A DNA stretch of 64,000 nucleotides from Ylistrum balloti (taxonomy: Eukaryota). Of this stretch, positions 40,518 through 54,039 are shown piece after piece (position 1 is the first letter of the stretch; each line of letters opens with the position of its first letter). The translations under genes were made by a program, and so were the position numbers. The stretch covers positions 868,001 to 932,000 of the forward strand of contig NW_026781901.1 in the NCBI RefSeq assembly GCF_031769215.1, given 5' to 3'. The notes beneath the pieces are model-generated. The model worked only from the letters and a program-made list of their open reading frames with translations. It was not told the DNA's origin and searched no databases.

Positions 40518-41603
40518 AGTTTTATTCAGTGTTTGGTTTTACCGTATCTAACTCTAAATTTGTATGTTAAAAAAAGGTGTTACTCAACCACATCCTCAGA
40601 ACACTATCGTTCGTCGGCGAGACAACGCCTCGTCAGAGTCATAGAGACAGACAACTGTAACCAACCAACTGATATTTTGTCCAGTTTTGTAGGCTTTGTC
40701 CGTTTACTATCAAATTCTGAAGGACAAAAAACATTCTAGTTCCTATGGTTTATAGTCAATAAATTTATACTGCCGGTATTTATAGTCGAGTACATGTGCG
40801 TTCTCATGTGTATGCCAGTATCTTCCAAGATTTATATGTAAAATCCTGCGAACCGTTACAAATCGTTTTTTAGCAAGCTATGGAGATCAATAATTTTTTG
40901 ACGAAAGAGGTTTTCCAAATCATTAACTGCAAAATTCACAATTCAATAATATTCAAAGTAATTCAAATATAATTTCTATGGAAGCTTTATACATTTTTAT
41001 TTTACCTTTTTCACGGGAAATACTCTGAAGATAGCGAGCTGTGGTACCAGTTGGTTAAATTCACAAAGAAGGAGGCACATATCTTCAAGAACGTGTGATA
41101 ATTGAAGATACTTGATAATAGAAGATATTTGGAAATAGTATCCTTCATTAAATCGATAAGCCCTGATGACGTCATAAAACGTATATTAATTGGGTTTTTT
41201 CTTTAATTAATTAGTTATATGGCTATCAAATACAAGACACCAAACATGTTCTATGTCCCGGCATTAAAAAGGAGAAATGAAATCAGAAAAGAAATTCATT
41301 TTTCAGTTTTTCCTTCAGTGTTGGTAACGTTTCTCTTTCACCCTAGAAATACCTCTACACGTGTGGATTTTGCAAAGGAAATTATGACAAAATGAAATAA
41401 AAGGGTATCAAATACCGAAATTTAGTTAAATAACATGCCATTTTATTGACTATACTTTCCTATGCTACCACTGATAATATAATGAAGAACATTTACACCA
41501 ATTGGTAAACATATAAAGCGTCTTGTTCTTCTCTCGTTTTCTTGTCTTATAAATTAACGATATAAACAGCTTTTTCAGAAATGTTTATTTCCTTTTCAAT
41601 ATA

Positions 41604-41804
41604 CTGTAAAATCATACATTTTCATGGGGCTCATTTTTGCGGGTTTTTTCAAGAAATCACTTTTTGGCGGATACTTGTTTTCGTGGATTGATATAGCTTA
41701 CTAAATCTACTAATTTCAACAGTTCGAGGACAAATAAATCGTTGATTATGAATACACAAGAAACCATGGAAACACATCCACGACGAAAATGGATGATTTC
41801 ACAG
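41604..41804. mobile_element. MITE (Tc1/mariner-like, TA target duplication), 201 bp
   Basis: TA|CTGTAAAATCATACATTTTCATGGGG ... CCACGACGAAAATGGATGATTTCACAG|TA. Its left end matches the reverse complement of the right end of the 25533-25786 element. Confidence 0.75.
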
Positions 41805-43244
41805 TAACGTAAATATAAATTAAATATTTTTATGTCACAATTTTCATTTCACTTATGCTCCGTAGTAAATTTAAATAATCTTTATGTAAGTTTGAAAATA
41901 TACCGAGAAATAAGGACAGTTTTTATTCCTTTTACACTTAATTTTAGACATTTGAAATTTCTTTAAAATCTAATAACTATGAACGTTTACCAGTGAACCT
42001 GCGAGAATTTTTACGTAATATATTTTATTCCTCAAAACGTGCATCGATGTACACACACATATATATATATACACATACATCAAATATATTATTTATTGTT
42101 TTGCTTTTTGACTAAATCCGTTTTCTTTTCACACAATAAAACAGCCAGTAAAACGTGTTGGTGTTATTGTAAATCAATTTTCGAGTTGGGAGGTACGATT
42201 TTATTATAGGAACATCTGGGTGGTATCAGCAAGGTCGCATGTGATTATTAGTACAGTAACACAGCCCTGGGGATACACATAATTTATACATTACAGAACA
42301 CGGTTACCTCTCCTTTAGTTTAAATATCAATGTTAGCCCTAGTAAAATGCCAAATGTAAGATAAAAGCGAAAAAATCCTTGATTGTCCTAAAATGTCAGA
42401 CGAACAGGTTTGTGTTAAGTAGGTAGGGAGGCCTATAAAACTGTCAACAACACTTCAAACGATTATTTATCTTAAACAAATCGAGTTTTTCCCCAACATT
42501 AAACTTGAGGTTTTCTTGTGAATAATAACACTATGAGGAATGAGATAATCAATACTTGTAACCCCATCTTATGATAATTATTATGTGATTAAATCTTATC
42601 TAAAACCGTGTGACAATACTCTACCATTGCTATCGGAATCACAAGCTATTGCCATATCGTCATGCAAAATACACAAAGACCAGTCTGTCTGGCCACCTAA
42701 CCCGCTCCGGTACGATCCGATAAAGAACACGAGCGGAATTGTATTTAAGACACCGCAAGCCTTTGGTCCATTGAAGGCAAGCATAGTAAGCTTACTGATA
42801 TGTAAAACAGAAAACCCCTATTATACCATGCTTGTAAATCTACTGAAACAAAGAAGAAGAGAATGACGTCTTATTTATTTAATAAAAACAAAACGCAACG
42901 ACATATCTGATGAGCCATACTTGTGACAAGAACATGCTTATATCTATCAGCTCCGCGGTTATAAACAAATAAACAGTTACTCCGTCGAGAAAAAAAACAA
43001 AATAAACAAACAAACAAAAAAATCGTCAACGATTTTGTCGAGGTTAGTATGCTTTAAATACTGAAGGGTCGATTGTTATTGATTCACGTTAAAATCGTCT
43101 TGTGATGTATCTGGGGAAGGCTTGGGGGAATTTAGATCCTATCAACGTAACACGTGTTCTCAGTGTTATTTCAATTTCGCAAGGGGAGGTCGAACGTACC
43201 TCCGAAAAAATAGGATAGCATAGTAAAACCAGGTAAAGAAGGGC

Positions 43245-45075
43245 GAAGGGGAAGTAAACAGACGGTGTACAGAGGGGTGAACATAAAGTAAACAGGCAGC
43301 GTACAGGGGGGCGACAATAAAGTACACGGTGTACAGAGGGGCGACTATAAAGTACACGGTGTACAGAGGGGCGACTATAAAGTACACGGTGTACAGAGGG
43401 GCGACTATAAAATACACGATGTACAGAGGGGCGACAATAAATTACATAGACGGTGTACAGAGGAGCGACTATAAAGTACACAGTGTACAGAGGGGCGACT
43501 ATAAAGTACACAGTGTACAGAGGGTGAGTATAAAGTACACGGTGTACAGAAGGGCGACTATAAAGTACACGGTGTACAGAGGGGCGACTATAAAGTACAC
43601 AGTGTACAGAGGGGCGACTATAAAGTACACGGTGTACAGAGGGGCGACTATAAATTACACAGACGGTGTACAGAGGAGCGACTATAAAGTACACGGTGTA
43701 CAGAGGGGCAAAACTGAAGTAAACAGACAGTGTATAGAGGGGCGACTATAAAGTAAACAGACGGTGTACAGAGGGGCGACTATAAAGTACACAGTGTACA
43801 GAGGGTGAGTATAAAGTACACGGTGTACAGAAGGGCGACTATAAAGTACACGGTGTACAGAGGGCGACTATAAAGTACACGATGTACAGAGAGGCGACTC
43901 TAAAGTACACGATGTACAGAGAGGCGACTCTAAAGTACACGGTGTACAGAGGGGCGACTATAAAGTACACGGTGTACAGAGGGGCGACTATAAAGTACAC
44001 AGTGTACAGAGGGGCGACTATAAAGTACACGGTGTACAGAGGGGCGACGATAAAGTACACAGTGTACAAATGGGCGACTAGAAAATACACGGTGTACAGA
44101 GGGGCAAAAATGAAGTAAACAGACAGTGTACAGAGGGGCGACTATAAAGTACACAGACGGTGTACAGAGGGGCGACTATAAAGTACACAGCGTACAGAGG
44201 GTGAGTATAAAGTACACGGTGTACAGAAGGGCGACTATAAGGTACACGGTGTACAGATGGGCGACTATAAAGTACACGGTGTACAGATGGGCGACTATAA
44301 AGTACACGGTGTACAGAGGGGCGACAATAAAGTACACGGTGTACAGAGGTGCGACTATAAAATACACGGTATACAGAGGGGCGACAATAAAGTACACGGT
44401 GTACAGAGGGGCGACAATAAAGTACACGATATACAGAGGGGCGACTATAAAGTACACGGTGTACAGAGGGGCGACAATAAAGTACACGGTGTACAGAGGG
44501 GCGACTATAAAGTACACGGTGTACAGAGGGGCGACTATACGGTGTACAGAGGGGCGACGATAAAGTACACAGTGTACAGAGGGGCGACTATACGGTGTAC
44601 AGAGGGGCGACGATAAAGTACACAGTGTACAAATGGGCGACTATAAAGTACACGGTGTGCAGAGGGGCAAAAAATGAAGTAAACAGACAGTTTACAGAGG
44701 GGCGACTATAAAGTACACAGACGGTGTACAGAGGGGCGACTATCAAGTACACGGTGTACAGAGGGGCGACTATAAAGTACACGGTGTACAGAGGGGCGAC
44801 TGTTAAGTACAAGGTGTGCAGAGGGGGCGACTATAAAGTACACGGTGTACAGAGGGGCGAACATAAAGTACACGATGTACAGAGGTGCGGCTATAAGGTA
44901 CACGGTGTACAGAGGGGCGAACATAAAGTACACGATGTACAGAGGTGCGGCTATAAGGTACACGGTGTACAAAGGGGCGAACATAAAGTACACGATGTAC
45001 AGAGGGGCGACTATAAGGTACACGGTGTACAAAGGGGCGAAAATGAAGTAAACAGGCGGTGTACAGAGGGGCGAC
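43245..45075. repeat. 30-bp minisatellite (GTACAGAGGGGCGACTATAAAGTACACGGT) with interspersed 34-bp variants (...AAGTAAACAGACGGT)
   Basis: About 60 tandem units. Each contains the palindrome GTACAC-G-GTGTAC across the unit junction. Confidence 0.97.
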
Positions 45076-45289
45076 ATCAAAGTAAAGAGAAGGTGTAAAG
45101 AGAGGTGACAATTAAGTAATTAGACTGTGTAGAAAGGTACGAAAATGAATTAAATAGAATGTGTACAGAGGGACAAAAATATAGTAATGAGCTGGTGCAG
45201 AGATAGGCAAAGTAAACAGACGGTGTATAGAGGGGGAAAACAAAGTAAACAGAAAGTGAAAAAAGGGTAAAAATAAAGTAAACATACAG

Positions 45290-46620
45290 TGAACAGAGTG
45301 ACGACAATAAAGTAAAGAGACTAGGTACAAAGGGCCGACAATAAAGTAACGAGACTAGGTACAGAGGGCTGACAATAAAGTAAAGAGCCTAGGTACAGAG
45401 GGCCGGCAATAAAGTAAAGAGACTAGGTATAGAGGGCCGACAATAAAGTAAAGAGACTAGGTACAGAGGGCCGGCAATAAAGTAAAGAGCCTAGGTACAG
45501 AGGACCGGCAATAAAGTAAAGAGACCACGTACAGAGGGCCGGCAATAAAGGAAAGAGACTAGATACAGAGGGCCGGCAATAAGGTAAAGAGACTACGTAC
45601 AGAGGGCCGGCAATAAAGGAAAGAGACAAGATACAGAGGGCCGACAATAAAGTAAAGAGCCTAGGTACAAAGGGCCGGCAATAAAATAACGAGACTAGGT
45701 ACAGAGGGCCGACAATAAAGTAAAGAGCCTGGTGACAATAAAATAACGACACTAGGTACAGAGGGCCGGCAATAAAGTAAAGAGACTACGTACAGAAGGC
45801 CGACAATAAAGTAAAGAGCCTAGGTACAGAGGACCGGCAATAAAGTAAAGAGACTAGGTACAGAGGGCCGGCAATAAAGTAAAGAGCCTTGGCACAGAGG
45901 GCCGACAATAAAATAACGAGACTAGGTACAGAGGGCCGACAATAAAGTGAAGAGCCTAGGTACAGAGGGCCGGCAATAAAGTAAAGAGCCTAGGTACAGA
46001 GGGCCGGCAATAAAATAAAGAGACTAGGTACAGAGGGCCGACAATAAAGTAAAGAGACTAGGTACAGAGGGCCGACAATAAAATAACGACACTAGGTACA
46101 GACGGCCGGCAATAAAGTAAAGAGACTACGTACAGAAGGCCGACAACAAAGTAAAGAGCCCAGGTACAGAGGGCCGGCAATAAAGTAAAGAGCCTTGGCA
46201 CAGAAGGCCGACAATAAAATAACGAGACTAGGTACAGAGGGCCGACAATAAAGTAAAGAGACTAGGTACAGAGGGCCGGCAATAAAGTAAAGAGACTAGG
46301 TACAGAGGGCCGGCAATAAAGTAAAGAGACTAGGTACAGAGGGCCGACAATAAAATAACGACACTAGGTACAGAGGGCTGGCAATAAAGTAAAGAGACTA
46401 GGTACAGAAGGCCGACATTAAAGTAAAGAGCCTAGGTACAGAGGGCCGACAATAAAGTAAAGAGCCTAGGTACAGAGGGTCGGCAATAAAGTAAAGAGCC
46501 TAGGTACAGAGGGCCGGCAATAAAGTAAAGAGACTAGGTACAGAGGGCCGGCAATAAAGTAAAGAGACTAGGTACAGAGGGCCGGCAATTAAGTAAAGAG
46601 ACTAGATACAGAGGGCCGAC
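45290..46620. repeat. 34-bp minisatellite (GGTACAGAGGGCCG(G/A)CAATAAAGTAAAGAG(A/C)CTA)
   Basis: About 39 tandem units, homologous to the neighbouring arrays. Confidence 0.97.
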
Positions 46621-46999
46621 AGAAGGTCGACAGAAGGTGTACAGAACGATGACAATAAAACAAACAAACTGTATCCAGAGCTACGACGATATAGCGATAA
46701 GTCGATATAGCGAAAGGCAGCAATATATTTAACAGATACTGTACAACGCGTCCATTATAAAGTCAGCTGAGAGTGAGATCGGTGACGATATAGTGAATAG
46801 TCGTTTTATAGAAAGGCACTAATATAGTTAACAGTATATAGAATAGAGACAATAAAGTCAGCAGACTGTATACAAAGGGACGATGATATAGTGAGGTTTT
46901 AAGAGAAAGATAACGATATCTTTACTAGATTGTGTACAGAGGGACGACGATAAAGTGAACAGTCGAAGTAGAGAGAGTTAACGATATGGTCAGCAAACA

Positions 47000-49775
47000 G
47001 TGTATAAAACGGAGACAGCATAGTGAACATACAGAGTACAGAAGGGAGACAGTTTAGTGAACATACAGTGAATAGTAGGGAGACAGTTTAGTGAACATAC
47101 AGTGAATAGTAGGGAGACAGTATAGTGAACATACAGAGTAAAGAAGGGAGATAGTATAGTGAACATACAGTGTATAGAAGGGAGACAGTATAGTGAACAT
47201 AGAAGGGAGACAGTATAGTGAACATACAGTGTATAGAAGGGAGACAGTATAGTGAACATACAGTGTATAGAAGGGAGACAGTATAGTGAACATACAGAGT
47301 ATAGAAGGGAGACAGTATAGTGAACATACAGTGTATAGAAGGGAGACAGTATAGTGAACATACAGTGTATAGAAGGGAGACAGTATAGTGAACATACAGA
47401 GTATAAAAGGGAGACAGTATAGTGAACATACAGAGTATAAAACAGAGACAGTATAGCGAACATACAGTGTATAGAAGGGAGACAGTATAGTGAACATACA
47501 GTGTATAGAAGGGAGACAGTATAGTGAACATACAGAGTATAGAAGGGAGACAGTATAGTGAACATACAGTCAATAGTAGGGAGACAGTATAATGAACATA
47601 CAGTGTATAGAAGGGAGACAGTATAGTGAACATACAGTGTATAGAAGGGAGACAGTATAGTGAACATACAGTCAATAGTAGGGAGACAGTATAATGAACA
47701 TACAGTGTATAGAAGGGAGACAGTATAGTGAACATACAGAGTATAAAAGGGAGACAGTATAGTGAACATACAGAGTGTAAAACAGAGACAGTATAGCGAA
47801 CATACAGTGTATAGAAGGGAGACAGTATAGTGAACATACAGTGTATAGAAGGGAGACAGTATAGTGAACATATATAGAAGGGTATAGTGAACATACAGTC
47901 AATAGTAGGGAGACAGTATAATGAACATACAGTGTATAGAAGGGAGACAGTATAGTGAACATACAGTGTATAGAAGGGAGACAGTATAGTGAACATACAG
48001 TGTATAGAAGGGAGACAGTATAATTTACATACAGTGTATAGAAGGGAGACAGTATAGTGAACATACAGAGTATAAAAGAGAAACAGTATAGTGAACATAC
48101 AGAGTATAAAAGAGAGACAGTATAGTGAACATACAGAGTATAAAAGAGAGACAGTATAGTGAACATACAGTGTATAGAAGGGAGATAGTATAGTGAACAT
48201 ACCGTGTATAGAAGGGAGACAGTATAGTGAATGTAGATGGGAGACAGTATAGTGAACATACCATGTATAGAAGGGAGACAGTATAGTGAACATACAGAGT
48301 ATAGAAGGGAGACAGTATAGTGAACATACCGTGTATAGAAGGGAGACAGTATAGTGAACATACATTGTATAGATGGGAGACAGTATAGTGAACATACATT
48401 GTATAGAAGGGATACAGTATAGTGAACATACAGAGTAAAGATGGGAGACAGTATAGTGAACATGCAGAGTATATAAGTAAACATACAGAGTATAAAAGGG
48501 AGACAGTTTAGTGAACATACAGAGTATAGAAGGGAGGCAGTATAGTGAACATACAGAGTATAGAAGGGAGACAGCATAGTGAACATACCGTGTATAGAAG
48601 GGAGAAAGTATAGTGAACAAACGTGTATAGAAGGGAGACAGTTTAGTGATCATACCGTGTATAGAAGGGAGACAGTTCAGTGAATGTAGAAGGGAGACAG
48701 TATAGTGAACATACAGAGTATAGAAGGGAGACAGTATAGTGAACATACCGTGTATAGAAGGGAGACAGTATAGTGAACATACCGTGTATAGAAGGGAGAC
48801 AGTATAGTGAACATACCGTGTATAGAAGGGAGACAGTATAGTGAACATACCGTGTATAGAAGGGAGACAGTATAGTGAACATACCGTGTATAGAAGGGAG
48901 ACAGTATAGTGAACATACCGTGTATAGAAGGGAGACATTATAGTGAACATACAGAGTATAGAAGGGAGACATTATAGTGAACATACAGAGTATAGAAGGG
49001 AGACAGTATAGTGAACATACCGTGTATAGAAGGGAGACATTATAGTGAACATACAGAGTATAGAAGGGAGACAGGATAGTGAACATACAGAGTATAGAAG
49101 GGAGACAGTATAGTGAACATACCATGTATAGAAGGGAGACAGTATAGTGAACATACAGAGTATAGAAGGGAGACAGTATAGTGAACATACCGTGTATAGA
49201 AGGGAGACAGTATAGTGAACATACCGTGTATAGAAGGGAGACAGTATAGTGAACATACAGAGTATAGAAGGGAGACAGTATAGTGAACATACAGGGTATA
49301 GAAGGGAGACAGTATAGTGAACATAGAGTGTATAGAAGGGATACAGTATAGTGAACATACAAGGTATAGAAGGGGGACAGTATAGTGAACATACAGAGTA
49401 TAGAAGGGAGACAGTATAGTGAACATAGAGTGTATAGAAGGGAGACAGTATAGTGAACATACAGAGTATAGAAGGGAGACAGTATAGTGAACATACAGAG
49501 TATAGAAGGGGGACAGTATAGTGAACATACAGAGTATAGAAGGGAGACAGTATAGTGAACACACAGAGTATAGAAGGGAGACAGTATAGTGAACATACAG
49601 AGTATAGAAGGGGGACAGTATAGTGAACATACAGAGTATAGAAGGGGGACAGTATAGTGAACATACAGTGTATAGAAGGGAGACAGTATAGTGAACATAC
49701 AGAGTATAGAAGGGGGACAGTATAGTGAACATACAGAGTATTGAAAGGAAACAGTGTAATGAACAGACAGTGTAG
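47000..49775. repeat. 34-bp minisatellite (GTATAGAAGGGAGACAGTATAGTGAACATACAG(T/A))
   Basis: About 80 tandem units. All the MFTILSPFY-type ORFs come from this array. Confidence 0.98.
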
Positions 49776-50219
49776 AAAAATGATTTCAATCAAAACCGAT
49801 CTGAAACCTGAAAATAGAATAATTGAAATTTCTCCAGTCTATTGCTACTTAAAACATAGAGATTGATTGGTGTAATTTCCAGTACAATACAATCGCCTGA
49901 CAGACGTATTTCAAGCATTGTAAATGGAGACCTAACGTCATGACTAATTATAAACAGGTTATCTATTTGACGTATCTTGGCACTTACTGACAACACGGCC
50001 ATCATTTCATGTTAACAAGATACGGAAGTATAGTCTCCAACAATTTAACAGTTGTCTTTGAAGTTTTATAATAACATCTGTACACGTGAACCGTAATACG
50101 TGCCCCCTTTTAAACAAGTGCGTTCCCAGCAGAAAACCAATCTTCTTTCTCTAAAGTTGTTAATGAACATTTTCAAATAAAGTCGCGTATAAAAATAGTA
50201 CAGAGGGGTAAAAAAACAG

Positions 50220-50760
50220 ACATTGTACAGAGGGACGACCATTACGTACAATGACAGTGTTAGAGGAGCGAAAGTGAAAACACACAGTGTACAGAGGGAA
50301 AAATAAAGTTAACAGACAGTGTACAGCGGGAAAAAAACTAGTTAACAGACAGTGTACAGCGGGACAAAAACAAGTTAACAGACAGTGTACAGCGGGACAA
50401 AAACAAAGTTAATAGACAGTGTACAGCGGAACAAAAACAAAGTTAACAGGTAGTGTACAGAGGGACAAAAACAAAGTTAACAGACAATGTACAGAGGGAC
50501 AAAAACAAAGTTAAGAAGTAGTGTACAGTGGGACAAAAACAAAGTTAACAGACAATGTTCAGAGGGACAAAAACAAAGTTAACAGACAGCGTACAGAGGG
50601 ACAAAAACAAAGTTAACAGACAGTGTACAGAGGGGCGAAAATAAACTAAACAGACGGTGTACAAAAGGCGGTGGAATGAGATGAACTTATAAAGGATCGA
50701 CAATAAAGTGTACTGAAGGCGACAATATAGTGAAAATGCGGTGTAGAGAGGCCTTCTTGT
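50220..50760. repeat. 34-bp minisatellite (GTACAGAGGGACAAAAACAAAGTTAACAGACAGT) with degenerate flanks
   Basis: About 11 clear units from 50290 to 50660. Confidence 0.9.
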
Positions 50761-52109
50761 GGTCTTCATGTTAGGAATATGACCTATTGGGACTGTTATT
50801 GGCAAATTTCCCTCAATCTCTAATAAAATGTTCTATTTTACTTAAGTTTTTTTTCCAAATTATAAATGTATACTACATCTTATGTAGGAATGCCTTTGAT
50901 CCTATATTATCTACGATGAGTCTGGAAAGCATAACATGGTCACTCGATGACTTATATTCAATTTATTTCACTTCATAAAAGAACCGCGTGTGATAAGGAC
51001 CCCGTGAACAAGATGGTTAAGTGTGTTTGTATGTTTGTTTGCACAAGAGGCCCTTGCTGTCAACCCGATAAAGATATGAGTACCTATCAATGTCTCGTTT
51101 GCTTTGAATAAAACAAATAAAAAGGTAAACAGAATAGCACGGTGACAATAAGTGTTATTTTTACAATAACAGATTACACTTTTCGATATCGGTTGATTCG
51201 GAAATTATTCGTAGAATCAAATGGAAATTTGTTGGTCTAAATTAGGATTAGTTAAACATCCTCTGCATGGCGTGACCGTGTCATCTAAACTCATATCAAA
51301 TTCATTTCTACATTTTTCTTAATATAACCCATCTGCAATTTAGGATATAAGAAATGTAGAATGATCTATTGTTTCTGTATAAATACATATGTGTCAGCAT
51401 AGTGTACAGGACCAAGGTCACAATGACAATATCCTAAAGTCTTGATTTCAAATCAATTTCAAAACCGATGTCGTGAAATTGATCTAAAGGAAATCAACAA
51501 GCATGTTATGTATGTTTCATATATCTCTCATACATGAGAAGATAGTATGTCTAATTTCTAAAACAAATATATACGACGGCATATGATGCGAGTTAGTGAA
51601 GAATATGTGAAAATATCCCCATCACATTAATTTCACTAAATTGACAACAGGCGCGTCAGACAAAACCTGATACTTGAGATAACACTCGTCAGTAACAATT
51701 GAACAATTTACTTTACAAATAATAGTGTGGAAAGGTATTGATTATCACTTGTAAAGCATATAATAATAAAAGAGTTAACTCGATATTGGTTAGGTGGTGT
51801 TAATATTAAATTAGTGTGTAGGAGTATGTCTATGTTAGCTGATTCCGTTACTGGTTTACTGGGGTTATTTCGTTTGTTTTACAAAACCTCGTGTTTTTTA
51901 ACATAAAGCATTTGTCAATTACATGATGCCCAAAAGCTTATTAAAGATATTCTTCTTAAATAGTACAATGCTGCATGATAATACATTTAAATGTAAACAA
52001 TTACAAAATGTGTTTTCATATAAAAGACTCGGTTTGATTAAGATCTTTTTGATAAAATAGAAATTGATCAAGCGTTTTCAGATCTATTACCACGTGATAG
52101 AGCTCTTCA

Positions 52110-53130
52110 CGTTAACTATATATCTAGATAAAATGATACTTCCGGAAACTTCTTTAAAGCAGTTACTGTCAGATAAATGGTTTATAGATAAACCATTAAC
52201 CGGTAACGGGTTTAAGGAATAAAGTATCGCTATTTAAAATCTTAAAGTTTAACTAATTTTCTGATACAAAACTGTTTTAAAAGCCTATCAAGATGCATAA
52301 GATAAGAGTTTCAAGGATATGCGTCGACAGACGATGCTTTTTGAGTCAAGTAATGAGGTACTATGAGGGAATATGTTGAAGGATAGAATATACAATGTAT
52401 TTAAGATAAAGAACTGTTCGATAAAACATTTTAGATAGAGTATTTATCTGATAAAGTGAGTTCATACCATAAAACAGTATCAAACGCATTAATTGTATAT
52501 AACATCTAGGTTTATCAATTGAAAGAACAAATGTCAGCAGATAGAATTATAAACAATATTTTCAGATAAAGTCAAATTAAATTTAGCAGATAAAATATTG
52601 TCTGATTAAGTACATTTTGATAAATAGAACTCTTATTGGTTTGACAATTTCGTTGTTGTTAGACTAATCATTGGAATATAAAGTATGAAAGATCAAGTTT
52701 ATGAAGTGAAGAATTGTATAAAAAAACATTGGCGGATAAACCTCTGTATTATAGAACATTGTAAAACAAGCAACTATTTGTCAGATAAAAAGGTAAAGCT
52801 ATGTCAGACAAAGTGCCCAGATAAAGTATGATCTGATAAAGGCGGGTCAAATAAAAAACCAGCTGAAGTATGGTCTGATAAAGGTGAGTCAAACAAAATA
52901 CCAGATAAAGTATGGCTTGATAAAGGTGAGTCAAATAAAATACAAGATAAACTATGGCCTGGTACAGCTGTGTTAAACAAAACGTCAGATAAAATATTGT
53001 CTCATTATGGTGGGCCAGATGGGTTGTCGGATAAAGTGTTGCTCGATAAAGCTTTATCAATAAATTATCTGATATATCTGATAAAAACATTGACAAATCA
53101 AGCACTTTTAGATAAACTACTATCTGATTA
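52110..53130. repeat. Degenerate low-complexity repeat rich in GATAAA, with about 15-bp and 45-bp periodicity in 52780-53120
   Basis: About 20 GATAAA hexamers on the plus strand. CCAGATAAAGTATG(A/G)...TGATAAAGG(C/T)G(G/A)GTCAAA(T/C)AAAA recurs. Confidence 0.6.
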
Positions 53131-54039
53131 ACCTTCGAATTATGTCACATATTTTACATTTGTTATGAAATTTAAGTCTAGGTCTTGCCCAATATCAAAT
53201 TAAGAAGATAAGACCTGATCACGTGATAGTTAAGATACTAGTATAATATCCATTGGTGGGTTAGAAAAACATTTTATATCTCATCAAGTAGTTAAACTAC
53301 AAATGTATTTAACATTGTTTCGCTATATGTACATGGATAGTTATGTTATGGATATATAACTATGATATAAGGCACATAACTAACAAAAGTAGATAAATAA
53401 TTGATTGTTCAAGTAAAAATGCATATAAATCAAAGCAAAATGCTAATGTGATTTTTTCATGCTTATTTCTAAAAGTTTACCTTTTTTAATGCACAATCAG
53501 GACTTTTCACGTGGTAATTGCTGTCTCTTCAGTTACGGATCACTGAACCTTATTCCTACTCATTATGGTTATTTTTATAGATGATGATTAACAATTCCAT
53601 ATAAGTCTCCCAATGTAAGTAAACTAGTTTGACACTGGTGCGAATTATTGACCGAGATTTGTAACACGATGCTATTTCAGATTTTTGTACAAAATTACCT
53701 AAATTGTTTTACATTTTAACTAAACAATGCAGCAAATTTTGTCAGTTTCCAATGTCAAACATTGACAGCTGATATTTTTTGTATCGGAATAATATCATTA
53801 TATTAATTATGCTAATGTTTTTAAGTGGCACCATTAAATGAATGGTTTGACTACATGCTGAACCACTGAAAATAGCAAACACATTGAATGTTTTACATGT
53901 ATCTCGTATCAGACTTGTTGAATGACTTAACTGGTGGCCAACGTATTGAATGGTTACAAATTCATTGAATGATTCAATTAGTTGCAAACTATTGCATGTT
54001 TTCACTTGGCAAAATATTTTAACAGGTGATATATTTTAA

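Noticed and set aside
40595-40640. Minus-strand CTGACGA-GGCG-TTGTCT-CGCC hairpin as a hammerhead
   Set aside because: It is followed by GACGAAC instead of GAAA, and no stem I partner exists downstream.
43089-49793. Long ORFs (YFIVAPLYTV, MFTILSPFY... and similar) as genes
   Set aside because: They occur in several frames and on both strands at once, are pure translations of the 30/34-bp units, and have no non-repetitive coding flanks.
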